A stretch of DNA of 64,000 nucleotides from the human T2T-CHM13v2.0 reference genome, Homo sapiens, in NCBI RefSeq assembly GCF_009914755.1, contig NC_060926.1. One strand, 5' to 3'. Of this stretch, positions 53,111 to 64,000 are shown one piece after another. The notes under the pieces were generated by a model. The model was not told where the DNA came from. It did no database searches and worked only from the letters and a program-made list of their open reading frames with translations. The position numbers were made by a program, and so were the translations under genes. Every line of letters begins with the position of its first letter. The stretch's first letter is position 1.

Positions 53111-56009
53111 CCTCCTTCAATTGTGAGCCTTACTCTTGCATTTACTCAGATTGGAATTCCTATTCTAGCCACTCTGGTGTACTCAAGTTCTCTGGTACTT
53201 TGGTTTCTGCTTGGTCATCTCTGTGTTTTTGCCACATCACCTCCTTCCCTCACCTCTTACTTGCTAACTCTGCTCCCCCGCCACCCGCTGTTCTACCTAG
53301 ACAGTCCTCATCAATCTTCTATCAAACCCCATCTTTTATGTAAAACATTTGCTGACATCTCGAGGTGAACTGATGTGTCTTCTCTGAACTTGGATTGTCC
53401 GAGTTGGCAGGCGTACTTTATGCTGCCCCGAGTCAAGCCTTCTGCTGTTTTAAACAGAAATGTTATTAATTGTTCACGCATTGATATTATTCTTCAGATT
53501 AATTTCAGGATGCTTGACCCACACATATCCTTGCAGAGTATTTAATGGTGCCTTGTATAGAGTTACTATTTAATAAAATATTACTTGTTGATTTTATCAC
53601 CAAGCATTAATATTAACTGTCATTTCTATTCACTTATCTGCTTCATACAATTGCCTGAATTTGGCTGGAAATCATCTTCACTTTCTTGTAATGGAAGAGA
53701 CCTGCTTCTTAGATGTAGCGTGGGTACTTTGTGTTCAGAAAAAGCTACATCTTCCTTTGCAGTTGAAGAGATTTTGAGTGGAACTGTTGAAGAAATAGTT
53801 GAGTAGAGCAGTTGCTTGATTTTGTCATTGAGTAAATAAAATACTTGTCATTATCAAGCATATAGCCTTAGGTAGGTTCATACCACATGAGTAGGGCTTG
53901 TATTGAGACACCCTCTGATTCAATCCTATTTTTGTACAGGTTCACTTAGGATAAAGGAAAAATACGTATACTTTAAGAGGTGAAAGAAGTCCAGCAAAGA
54001 GTGTGAGGTGCAGGAAGTGGGTGAGAAGTCCAACTCACTTGACTTGGGCTGTGCTTTGGAATTTGCATCTTTACCCACACCAAGATGGGTACTTATGCAG
54101 TGGTTTGTAGCTCACACCTGGAGAAAACAGTGCTCAGAGGGAGCAAAGTGCCCATCCTTTCTAAACAGCAGATTGTGAGATTTTAAGGGGAGTCAAGTTT
54201 GAAAGGACAGAAAATGAGCCTTGGTCACTGAACAGCTGAGAATGCTAAGGCAGTAGGGGAAAAGGAATGGAAAGAGGTAGAACCCAGAGACTGAGGAGCT
54301 GAAAATAAACAATTAAATTTAGTTTAAGTTTATCTTGCAGTGGGGAAGAGTGATCAAGCATATTTTTTTTTGTGCTTTGAAAACACTAAAATCTTAACAG
54401 TGAGTCATTTCTGTTTCCCATTTCTCCCCAAATATAACATTCTTATTTATTTCCCTATGTACTGTGTATATTTTTTCATTTGCCTGGCTTTTTTTCAGAT
54501 GCTTGTATACATAATATCTGAAAAAAACCAAAAACATTCTTTTCCTTTAGTTTGGAGCCAATGATAATGTAATGTTCTCTGCTTTTGTTGCAGCACAGAT
54601 TAGACTTTGTATTGAGGCACATTTTCCCTTTTTGTACCATAGTACATCACTGGGAAGGTTGCATTTGATGCTGTAATGTGTGGACAGAGCTTTTGAAAGG
54701 AAAAATAAGATGAGGACCCAATGGATGATGCCCCCATTGTGTCCAATTCTGTAATAGAGTAATCTGATGAATAAACCAGTCTGACTTAGTGTGGTGTCAC
54801 AGAGGTGACTGCCAAAATAGGATATTTATTCTCCAGTAGGCTCTAATCACTACAGAATTAATGGGAAAAAAGGAAAATAATACAACCCACACTGCTATAG
54901 AAATTAAGACACATCTGTGTGACTCGAAAACAGTAATGGGAAGGATCTTACATGACTCCTTTGCTGTTCGTTGAGTCCCTATTGTCCATTAGCCTACCTG
55001 GCCATGCAAAACAAGATTTCATGGCATCTTTCCTAAATATCTTTTTTCAAGCAGATTTTAATAAGAACGACTTTTCCATCCATTTCGTTGGCTGCAGCAC
55101 TTGCCTGGTTTCTGCATTCCTGTAGCTGGCCTTGACTTGCTTCACTGACTCATTTCTTAAGTGTAACCAATCATCATGTGAATTTCTTCAAAGCACCATT
55201 GCGCTCCTATTGCTACCACCCACCACCCTAGCAACATCTTCCAAGTTATTCTCTGCTCTCTTGATGTATCCTTCTCCAGTCAATTCTGGAATGGGAGATA
55301 TTGGATTAACCTTCCCCGAAACACAAATGCTAACATGTTTCATGCTACTGGAATTTAACTTTTTTTCTCCATTACCTGTAGTAAATAATTCCATTCACTT
55401 TTACCTAACATACTGGCATGTACAACTTTTATCACCTTATGCCCCATGATTTTATGGGAGAATTCCTGTCAGGTTGGATCTTTCCTTTCGCCAGGCATAT
55501 GCTGTGTGGAATTCCAATCCAGAACTATCCCCTGAGCCTCAGCTCTTTCCTGTCTCTTCCAAGAAGCCTTCTTTTCTCTCTGACCAATGGCAGTAGGTTT
55601 TGCTCTTTTCTGAACCATGGTGTGCACATCTTTATTATAACCCTTAAGTGTTATATATGCATCTTACCTCTACACACGTTGTTCCCTTCTCGCTTCACAG
55701 GCACAAATTATACCCTTAACTCTGTCATCCATCTTGTCAGTGTGCACTGTCTATCACTGGAAATCTCTAGGCAAGAAAGGTTTGATTATTTAGCACATCC
55801 TCAACCTCCCTACCACCACCCCCCGACACACACCACCACCAGGACCATCATTTCATCCTGAAGTACCAAGTGGTGACACAGAGCTTTCATTTTGTGTGCA
55901 GAGTGCAGCACTTTTTAACATGTGTAATCACTATCCTAGCCAGGAAGTCCTTCCTTCTGTATGATAAATAGGATCTGTGAAACTAACCCCCAAATAAGTT
56001 TGGTTTTTT

Positions 56010-56372
56010 ATCTTTTTTAACATTTGTATAATGGTAAAGACTGAGCTTTTAGTGTAACCATCACCCCAACAGTATACATTGTACCCATTAAATAATTTCT
56101 CATCCCTCACCCCCCAACCTACCCTCCAACCCTTCCTAATCTCCAGTGTCTATTATTCTTCACCCCAAGTCCATGTGTACACATTATTTAGCTCCTACTT
56201 ATAAGTTAGAACATGTGGTATTTGACTTTCTAATTCACTTAAGATAATGGCCTCTACTTCCAACCATGCTGCTACAAAAGACATAATTTCATTCTTTTTT
56301 GTGGCTGAATAGTATTCCATGGTATATGTATACCACATTTTAAAAATCCCATCATCTGTTGATGGACCCTAA
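56010..56372 (-). mobile_element. L1PB/L1MA 3' UTR fragment
   Basis: gcttttagtgtaaccatcacc...ttagctcctacttataag...ggctgaatagtattccat. Confidence 0.8.
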
Positions 56373-56427
56373 GCTCTTTTTGATAAAGCCTTAATATTTT
56401 ATCAAACATTAAGTCTTAAGTTTGATA

Positions 56428-56638
56428 ATTTTTTTTTCCTCAATCCTCCCACCTCAGCCTCCCGAGTTGCTAGGACTATAGATATGCACAACCACATCCA
56501 GCTAATTTTTGTATTTTCAGTAGAGACAGGGTTTCACCATGTTGCCCAGGCTGGTCTTGAACTCTTGAGCTCCAGCAATCCATCCACCTTGGCCTCCCAA
56601 AGTGCTGGGATTCCAGGAGTGAGCCACCGTGTCTGGCT
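56428..56638 (-). mobile_element. AluJ lacking most of the right-arm 3' half
   Basis: T-run joined directly to caatcctcccacctcagcctccc; left arm intact; followed by (TG)n(TA)n. Confidence 0.82.
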
Positions 56639-57019
56639 GAGACATACGTGTGTGTGTGTATATATATATATAATATATATATATATATTTTTTTTCTTAT
56701 TCCCATTCTTAGGAGGAAAATATTATTTCACTATTAACTATTTTGTTAAGGGTAGTTTTTTTGTAGGTGTTCTTTATCAAATTGAGAAAATTTTCTTCCA
56801 TTCTTAGTTGTTTTTTTTTTTTTTAAAGTTCTAGGGTACATGTGCACAATGTGCAAGTTTGTTACATGGGTATACATGTGCTATGTTGGTTTGTTGCACC
56901 TATTAACTCATCACTTACATTGGGTATTTCTCCTAATGCTATCCTTCCTCCAGCCCCCCACCCCATGACAGGCCCCAGTGTGTGATGTTCCCCTCCCTGT
57001 GTCCAAGTGTTCTCATTGT

Positions 57020-60000
57020 TCAATTCCTATGTATGAGTGAGAACATGTGGTGTTTGGTTTTCTGTCCTTGTGACAGTTTGCTCAGAATGATGGTTTCCAG
57101 CTTCATCCACGTCCCTGCAAAAGACATGAACTCATCCTTTTTTATGGCTGCATAGTATTCCATGATGTATATGTGCCACAGTTTCTTAATCCAGTCTATC
57201 ACTGATGGACATTTGGGTTGGTTCCAAGTTTTTGCTGTTGTGAATAGTGCCGCAGTAAGCATACGTGTTCATGTGTCTTTATAGTAGCATGATTTATAAT
57301 CCTTTGGGTATATATCCAGTAATGGAATGGCTGGGTCAAATGGTATTTCTAGTTCTAGATCCTCGAGGAATTGCCACATTGTCTTCCACAGTGGTTGAAC
57401 TAATTTACACTCCCAGCAACAGTGTAAAAGCATTACTATTTCTCCACATCCTCTCCAGCATCTGTTGTTTCCTGACTTTTTAATGATCACCATTCTAACT
57501 GGTGTGAGATGGTATCTCACTGTGGTTTTGATTTGCATTTCTCTGGTGACCGGTGATGATGAGCATTTTGTCATGTGACTGTTGGCTGCATAAATGTTTT
57601 CTTTTGAGAAGTGTCTGTTCATATCCTTTGCCCACTTTTTGATTTTTTTTTCTTGAAAATTTGTTTAAGTTCTTTGTAGATTCTGGATATTAGCCCTTTG
57701 TCAGATGGATAGATTGCAAAAATTTTCTCCCATTCTGTAGATTGCCTGTTCACTCTGATGGTAGTTTCTTTTGCTGTGCAGAAACTCTTTAGGTTAATTA
57801 GATCCCATTTGTTTATTTTGGCTTTTGTTGCCATTGCTTTTGGTGTTTTAGTCATGAAGTCCTTGCCCATGCCTGTGTCCTGAAAGGTATTGCCTAGGTT
57901 TTCTTCTAGGGTTTTTATGGTTTTAGGTCTAACATTTAAGTCTTTAATCCATCTTGAATTAATTTTTGTATAAGGTGTACGGAAGGGATCCAGTTTCAGC
58001 TTTCTACATATAGCTAGCCAGTTTTCCTAGCACCATTTATTAAATAGAGAATCCTTTCCCCATTTCTTGTTTTTGTCAGATTTGTCAAATATCAGATGGC
58101 TGTAGATGTGTGGTGTTATTTCTGAGTCCTCTGTTCTGTTCCATTGGACTGTATCTCTGTTTTGGTACCAGTACCATGCTGTTTTGGTCACTGTAGCCTT
58201 GTAATATAATTTGAAGTCAGGTAGCATGATGCCTCCAGCTTTGTTATTTTTGGTTGGGATTGTCTTGGCAATGTGGGCTCTTTTTTGGTTCCATATGAAC
58301 TTTAAAGCAGTTTTTTTTTCCAATTCTGTGAAGAAAGTCATTGGTAGCTTGATGGGGATGGCGTTGAATCTATAAATTATCTTGGGCAGTAAGGCCATTT
58401 TCATGATACTGATTCTTCCTATCCATGAGCATGGAATGTTCTTCCATTTGTTTGTGTCCTCTTCTATTTCACTGAGCAGTGGTTTGTAGTTCTCCTTGAA
58501 GAGGTCCTTCACCTCCCTTGTAAGTTGGATTCCTAGGTATTTTATTCTCTTTGTAGCAATTGTGAATGGGAGTTGACTCATGATTTGGCTCTCTGTTTGT
58601 CTGTTATTGCTGTATAGGAATGCTTGTGATTTTCGCACATTGATTTTATATCCTGAGACTTTGCTGAAGTTGCTTATCAGCTTAAGGGGATTTTGGGCTG
58701 AGACGATGGGGTTTTCTAAATGTACAATCATGTCATCTGCAAACAGGGACAATTTGACTTCCTCTTTTCCTAATTGAATAGCCTTTATTTCTTTCTCCTG
58801 CCTGATTGCCCTGGCCAGAACTTCCAACACTGTGTTGAATAGGAGTGGTGAGAGAGGACATCCCTGTCTTGTGCCTGTTTTCAAAGGGAATGCTTCCAGT
58901 TTTTGCCCAATCAGTATGTTATTGGCTGTGGCTTTGTCATAAATAGTTCTTATTATTTTGAGATATGTCCCATCAATACCTAGTTTATTGAGAGTTTTTA
59001 GCATGAAAGGCTGTTGAATTTTGTCAAAGGCCTTTTCTGCATCTACTGAGATAATCAGGCCTTTTCTGCATCTACTGAGATAATCATGTGGTTTTTGTCA
59101 TTGGTTCTGTTTATGTGATGGATTACATTTATTGATTTATGTATGTTGAACCAGCCTTGCATCCCAGGGATGAAGCCGACTTGATTGTGGTGGATAAGCT
59201 TTTTGATGTGCTGCTGGATTCAGTTTGCCAGTATTTTGTTGAGGATTTTTGCATCAATGTTCATCAGGGATATTGGTCTAAAATTCTCTTTTTTTGTTGT
59301 GTCTCTGCTAGGCTTTGGTATCAGGATGATGGCTGGCCTCATAAAATGAGTTAGGGAGGATTCCCTCTTTTTCTATTAATTGGAATAGTTTCAGAAGGTA
59401 TGGTACCAGCTCCTTTTTGTACCTCTGGTAGAATTCAGCTGTGAATCTGTCTGGTCCTGGACTTTTTTTGGTTGGTAAGCTATTAATTATTGCCTCAATT
59501 TCAAAGCCTGTTATTGGTCTATTCAGAGATTCCACTTCTTCCTGGTTTAGTCTTGGGAGGGTGTATGTGTTCAGGAATTCATCCATTTCTTCTAGATTTC
59601 TTAGTTTATTTGTGTAGAGATGTTTATAGTATTCTCTGATGGTAGTTTGTATTTCTGTGGGATCAGTGGTGATTTCCCCTTTATCATTTTTTATTGCCTC
59701 TATTTGATTCTTCTCTCTTTTCTTCTTTATTAGTCTTGCTAGCGGTCTGTCAATTTCATTGATCTTTTCAAAAAACCAGCTCCTCGATTCATTGATTTTT
59801 TGAAGGGTTTTTTGTGTCTCTATCTCCTTCAGTTCTGCTCTGATGTTAGTTATTTCTTGCCTTCTGCTAGCTTTTGAATTTGTTTGCTCTCGCTTCTCTA
59901 GTTCTTTTAATTGTGATGTTAGGGTGTCAATTTTAGATCTTTCCTGCTTTCTCTTGTGGGCATCTAGTGCTATACATTTCCCTCTATACACTGCTTTAAA

Positions 60001-60875
60001 TGTGTCTCTGAGATTCTAGTATGTTGTCTCTTTGTTCTTATTGGTTTCAAAAAACATTTTTATTTGTGCCTTCATTTCATTTTTTACCCAGTAGTCATTC
60101 AGGAGCACGTCATTCAGTTTACATTTAGTTGTGCTGTTTTGAGTGAGTTTCTTAATCCTGAGTTCTAATTTGATTGCACTGTGGTCTGAGAGACAGTTTG
60201 TTGTGATTTCTGTTCTTTCACATTTGCTGAGGAGTGCTTTGCTTCCAACTATGTGGTCAATTTTGGAATAAGTGTGATGTGGAGCTGAGAAGAATGTGTA
60301 TTCTCTTGATTTAGGGAGGACAGTTCTGTAAATGTCTATTAGGTCTGCTTGGTGCAGAGCTGAGTTCAAGTCCTGGATATCCTTGTTAACCTTCTGTCTC
60401 CTTGATCTGTCTAATATTGACAGTGGGGTGTTAAAGTCTCCCATTATTACTGTGTGGGAGTCTAAGTCTCTTTATAGGTCTCTAAGGACTTGCTTTATGA
60501 ATCTGGGTGCTCCTGTATTGGGTGCATATATATATTTAGGATCGTTAGCTCTTCTTGTTGAATTGATCCCTTTACCATTATGTAATGGCCTTCTTTGTCT
60601 CTTTTGAACTTTGTTGGTTTAAAGTCTGTTTTATCATAAACTAGGATTGCAACCCCTGCTTTTTTTTTTTTTTTTTCCATTTGCTTGGTAGATCTTCCTC
60701 CATCTCTTTATTTTGAGCCTAGTGTTTCTTTGCATGTGAGATGGGTCTCCTGAATACAACGCACTGATGGGTCTTGACTCTTTATCCAATTTGCCAGTCT
60801 GTGTCTTTTAATTGGGGCATTTAGCACATTCACATTTAAGGTTAATATTGTTATGTGTGAATCTGATCCTGTCAT
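57020..60875 (-). pseudogene. Disrupted L1 ORF2 (endonuclease, reverse transcriptase, Cys-rich domain)
   Basis: Fragments include GDFNTPLS and SDHSAIK (EN), [11 protein letters not shown] and LFADDMIV (RT), [13 protein letters not shown]; at least 7 pieces separated by stops or frameshifts. Confidence 0.93.
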
Positions 60876-60938
60876 TATGATGTTAGCTGGTTATTTTGCT
60901 CATTAGTTGATGCAGTTTCTTTGTAGCATCGATGGTCT

Positions 60939-62033
60939 TTACAATTTGGCATGTTTTTGCAGTGGCTGGTACCGGTTGTTCCTTTCCATTTTTAGTGCCT
61001 CCTTCAGGAGCTCTTGTAGGGCAGGCATGGTGGTGACAAAATCTCTCAGCATTTGCTTGTCTGTAAAGGATTTTATTTCTCCTTCACTTCTGAAGCTTAG
61101 TTTGGCTGGATATGAAATTCTGGGTTGAAAATGATTCTCCTGAAGAATGTTGAATATTGGCCCCAACTCTCTTATGTAGAGTTTCTGAGACCCTTTCTTC
61201 CACTTGATGGAATTGGCTATTGAAGCTTGTGCATGTGTCACTTGGTTCTTGCGCCATGGTTGTAGAGTTTCTGCCAAGAGTTCTGTTGTTGGTCTGATGG
61301 ACTTCCCTTTGTAGGTAACCCCACCTTTCTCTCTGGCTGCCCTTAACATTTTTTCCTTGATTTCAACCTTGGTGAATCTGACAATTATGTGTCTTTGGGT
61401 TGCTCTTCTTGAGGAGTATCTTTGTGGTATTCTCTGTATTTCCTGAGTTTGAATGTTGGTCTGCCTGTCTAGGTTGGGAAAGTTCTCCTGGATAATATCC
61501 TGAAGAGTGTTTTCCAGCTTGTTTCTATTCTCCCAGTCACTTTCAGGTACATCAGTCAAATGTAGATTTGGTGTTTCCTCATAGTGCCGTATTTCTTGGA
61601 GGCTTTGTTCATTTCTTTTTACTCTTTTTTCTCTAAACTTCTCTTCTTGCTTTATTTCATTAATTTGATCTTCAATCACTGAGACCCTTTCTTCCACTTG
61701 ATCGAATTGGCTATTGAAGCTTATGCATGCGTCACGTGGTTCTCACGCCATGGTTTTCAGCTCCATCAGGTCATTTAAGGTCTTCTCTACACTGTTTATT
61801 CTAGTTAGCCATTTGTCTAATCTTTTTAGTTCCTTGTGATGGGTTTGAACATCCTCCTTTAGTTCGGGGAAGTTTGTTATTACCGACCTTCTAAAGCCTA
61901 CTTCTGTCAGCTTGTCGAAGTCATTCTCCGTCCAGCTTTGTTTTGTTGCTGGCAAGGAGCTGCAGTCGTTTGGAAGAGAAGAGGCGCTCTGGTTTTTAGA
62001 ATTTTCAGCTTTTCTGCTCTGGTTTCTCTCCAT
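60939..62033 (-). pseudogene. Disrupted L1 ORF1 (RNA-binding protein)
   Basis: MERNQSRKAENSKNQSASS start; stop at about 61743; C-terminal FQPRISYPAKLSF...YQPLQKHAKL. Confidence 0.93.
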
Positions 62034-62632
62034 CTTTGTGGTTTTATCTACCTTTGGTCTTTGATGTTGGTGATCGACATATGCGGTTTTGGTGTGGATG
62101 TCCTTTTTGTTGATGTTTATGCTATTCCTTTCTGTTTGTTAGTTTTCCTTCTAACAGTCAGGTCCCTCAGCTGCAGGTCTGTTGGAGTGTGCTGGAGGTC
62201 CACTCCAGACCCTGTTTGCCTGGGTATCACCAGTGGAGGCTGCAGAACTGGAAATGTTGCAGAACAACAAATATTGCTGCCCGATCCTTCCTCTGGAAGG
62301 TTCATCCCAGAGGAGCTCCCACCTGTATGATGTGTCAGTCAGCCCCTACTGGGAGGTGTCTCCCAGTTAGGCTACATGGGGGTCAGGGACCCACTTGAGG
62401 AGGCGGTCTCTCCATTCTCCGAGCTCAAACACTGCGCTGGGAGAACCACTGCTCTCTTCAGAGCTGTCAGACAGTGATGTTTAAGTCTGCAGAAGTTTCT
62501 GCTGCCTTTTGTTCAGCTATGCCCTGCCGCAAGAGGTGGAGTCTATAGAGGGAGCAAGCTTTGCTGTGCTGTGGTTGGCTCTGCCCAGTTCGAGCTTCCC
62601 GGCTGCTTTGTTTATCTACTCAAGCCTCAGCA

Positions 62633-62800
62633 ATGGTGGACACCCCTCCGCCTGCTGGGCTGCTGCCTCGCAGGTTGATCTCAGTCTACTGCGCTAGCAG
62701 TGAGCAAGGCTCCATGGGTGTGGGACCCACCGAGCCTTGCATAGGCTATAATCTCCTGATGTACTATTTGCTAAGATGGTTGGAAAAGTGCAGTATTTGA
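62633..62800 (+). pseudogene. L1 ORF0 homolog (antisense ORF in the 5' UTR), truncated to 55 aa
   Basis: MVDTPPPAGLLPRRLISVYCASSEQGSMGVGPTEPCIGYNL aligns by eye with L1HS ORF0 (MAGAPPPASLPPCSLISDCCASNQRDSVGVGPSEPG). Confidence 0.75.
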
Positions 62801-64000
62801 GCGGGAGTGTCTCATTTTTCCAGGTACAGTCTGTCGTGACTTCCCTTGGCTAGGAAAGGGAAATCCCCCAACCCCTTGCACTTCCTGGGTGAGGTGATGC
62901 CCTGCCCCGCTTCGGCTCACCCTCCATGGGCTGCACCCACTGTCCAACCAGTCCCAGTGAGATGAACCAGTTACCTCAGTTGGAAATGCAGAAATCACCC
63001 ATCTTTTGCATCAATCACGCTGGGAGCTGTAGATTGGAGCTGTTCCTATTCGGCCATCTTGGAACAGTGACCCTCGACAAAATCTTAATGTGATTGTATG
63101 TCGCTAAGAGAAAGTCTTTCTTCTACCAGGGAAGGTATTTGAAGCTTTTTTGCTTCCTGTTTATTCTTGTGTTTTCAGCTATTCCACATTGAAAGGCAAA
63201 AAGGAAGAGATGAGAGATGGAATGGTAATGATAGACAGTTTGAAATATTTGGTTAATTGAGATATTTTATTAATTATTAAGATTATTTTTCTAATTAAGC
63301 ATATAGCTTAAGGAATTAAATTTCAAATAATTTTCCTAATTTGTCAGAATACTTTCATGAATGATGTTATCTATAATAATAACATAAAAATCTGTCAAAT
63401 GCCAGTCAGGGGTTGAGTTACCATTTAAGTTTCTGTGTTATCCATATGATTCCCTGGAGGAAAGAGAGCTTAAATCTAAACATTTCTGATGATAGACGAC
63501 CCTGACCAGAGATTATTCTATTTGAAGATTATTTTGGTTTATCTCTCTCTTCCTCTGTCTTGCCCCTGGTCACGTCCCTGCAAAAAAGCTCTTCTGTCTG
63601 CCACAGGTGACGGCACATGGGAGGATAAATCCTACATTGGTTTTTGATTCTAAGGTGCATATAAAGTAGGTATCAGATTAATTCCTTTAGATTATGTAGG
63701 ATTTCCATAGATTATGTTTACATGTTTTTTGCCTCTGCATTTAATGATTGATACATTTTTCTCTGGTCTCTGGTTAAGATTTGGAAACTTAACACTTCAC
63801 TGTGGATCATTCCAAAGTATGTCTCTCCCTGCCAGGTCCAACTTGCAGGGAAGTGTCTGCTGGGCAACTGCATGGGGGTGTCCTGCAGACACTTCACACT
63901 GACTCGTCTACCATGGCTGTCACCTTTACTCACGCCTGATGAACCATCAGTAATGGCACCATCAGCACTCTGAGTTTACATGACCATCTTCATCTTCCTT

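Larger units (their letters stand above)
56806..63073 (-). mobile_element. Full-length (~6.27 kb) L1PA LINE-1, L1PA5-7 type, inactivated
   Basis: 5' end gggtcactgttccaagatggccgaataggaacagctc (YY1 site), 5' UTR, ORF1, ORF2, 3' UTR and A-tail all in order; ORFs broken. Confidence 0.97.

Noticed and set aside
58027-59004. 325-aa reverse transcriptase ORF as an active or novel RT system
   Set aside because: Ordinary L1 ORF2 fragment with upstream frameshift and stops

Overview
AT-rich primate genomic DNA, human-like from its AluS/AluJ, L1PA/L1PB, THE1A, LTR12 and MER52 content. It is most likely a large intron or intergenic region. I found no credible host protein-coding exon, RNA gene or CRISPR-like system: the only recognisable protein homology in the ORF track comes from broken LINE-1 ORF1, ORF2 and ORF0. 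Main elements are a full-length but inactivated L1PA5-7-type LINE-1 on the minus strand (56806-63073), a complete two-LTR THE1A MaLR provirus (28506-30786), solo LTR12 (ERV9) and MER52 LTRs, about a dozen Alus or Alu fragments, three DNA-transposon MITEs (MER20, MER47A, Tigger2a), and many MIR/L2/L1M relics. The most unusual features are structural: (1) a 62-triplet GAA/TTC tract that appears to have grown out of an Alu target-site duplication, (2) a probable ancient L1PB 3' transduction, and (3) several locally templated insertions with inverted or displaced copies (26.7 kb, 46.8 kb, 61.2 kb). Repeat family names come from recalled consensus sequences, not a RepeatMasker run. I did not find a new biological system that I can support.
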